The position numbers were made by a program, and so were the translations under genes. Source: Anolis carolinensis (lineage: Eukaryota). Taken from it: a stretch of 64,000 nt of DNA. The DNA is taken from NCBI RefSeq assembly GCF_035594765.1, contig NW_026943820.1:5960647-6024646 (forward strand). Reading direction: 5' to 3'. Positions 63,865-64,000 of the stretch are shown piece by piece; within the stretch, counting starts at the first letter, position 1; each line of letters opens with the position of its first letter. Under the pieces are notes generated by a model, which was not told the origin of the DNA, did not search any database, and worked only from the letters and a program-made list of their open reading frames with translations.

Positions 63865-63990
63865 ATGTGTTGTCGAAGGCTTTCATGGCTGGAATCACAG
63901 GGTTGTTGTGTGTTTTCCGGGCAATGTTCCAGAATACTTCTGGAACTTCTGGAATATGGCCATACAGCCCGGAAAACACAAAACAACCCC
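63865..63990. mobile_element. Penelope-like pseudo-LTR fragments, head-to-head palindrome
   Basis: gggttgttgtgtgttttccggg...cccggaaaacacaaaacaaccc. Confidence 0.65.
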
Positions 63991-64000
63991 GATTTAAAAG

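Noticed and set aside
62650-64000. SLC7A9 terminal exon expected from synteny
   Set aside because: No SLC7A9-like peptide recognised in the window

Overview
Vertebrate genomic DNA from a squamate, most likely an Anolis lizard (inferred from Sauria SINE, Anolis-type SINE2, Penelope and hAT/Tc1 MITE families). The window holds the conserved block ANKRD27(-) / RGS9BP(+) / NUDT19(+) / TDRD12(+). It contains the 5' part of ANKRD27 (10 coding exons, VPS9 region, running off the left edge), head-to-head with single-exon RGS9BP across a CpG island. NUDT19 is complete (3 exons, C-terminal SKL) and TDRD12 is apparently complete (Tudor - degenerate DEAD-box helicase - CCCH finger - Tudor - CS domain; linker exons uncertain). 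Introns and intergenic DNA are densely filled with SINEs, LINE fragments (CR1, L2-like tails, R4/Dong), hAT and Tc1/mariner MITEs, Helitrons, a solo LTR and Penelope pseudo-LTR fragments. The most notable unannotated signals are minimal hammerhead-ribozyme motifs in the Penelope fragments, an X-box-like tandem array upstream of the TDRD12 promoter, and large tandem arrays on both sides of the ANKRD27/RGS9BP promoter. Exon coordinates were read by hand from splice sites and recalled homology; repeat boundaries are approximate unless a TSD is cited. I see no solid evidence for a wholly new biological system.
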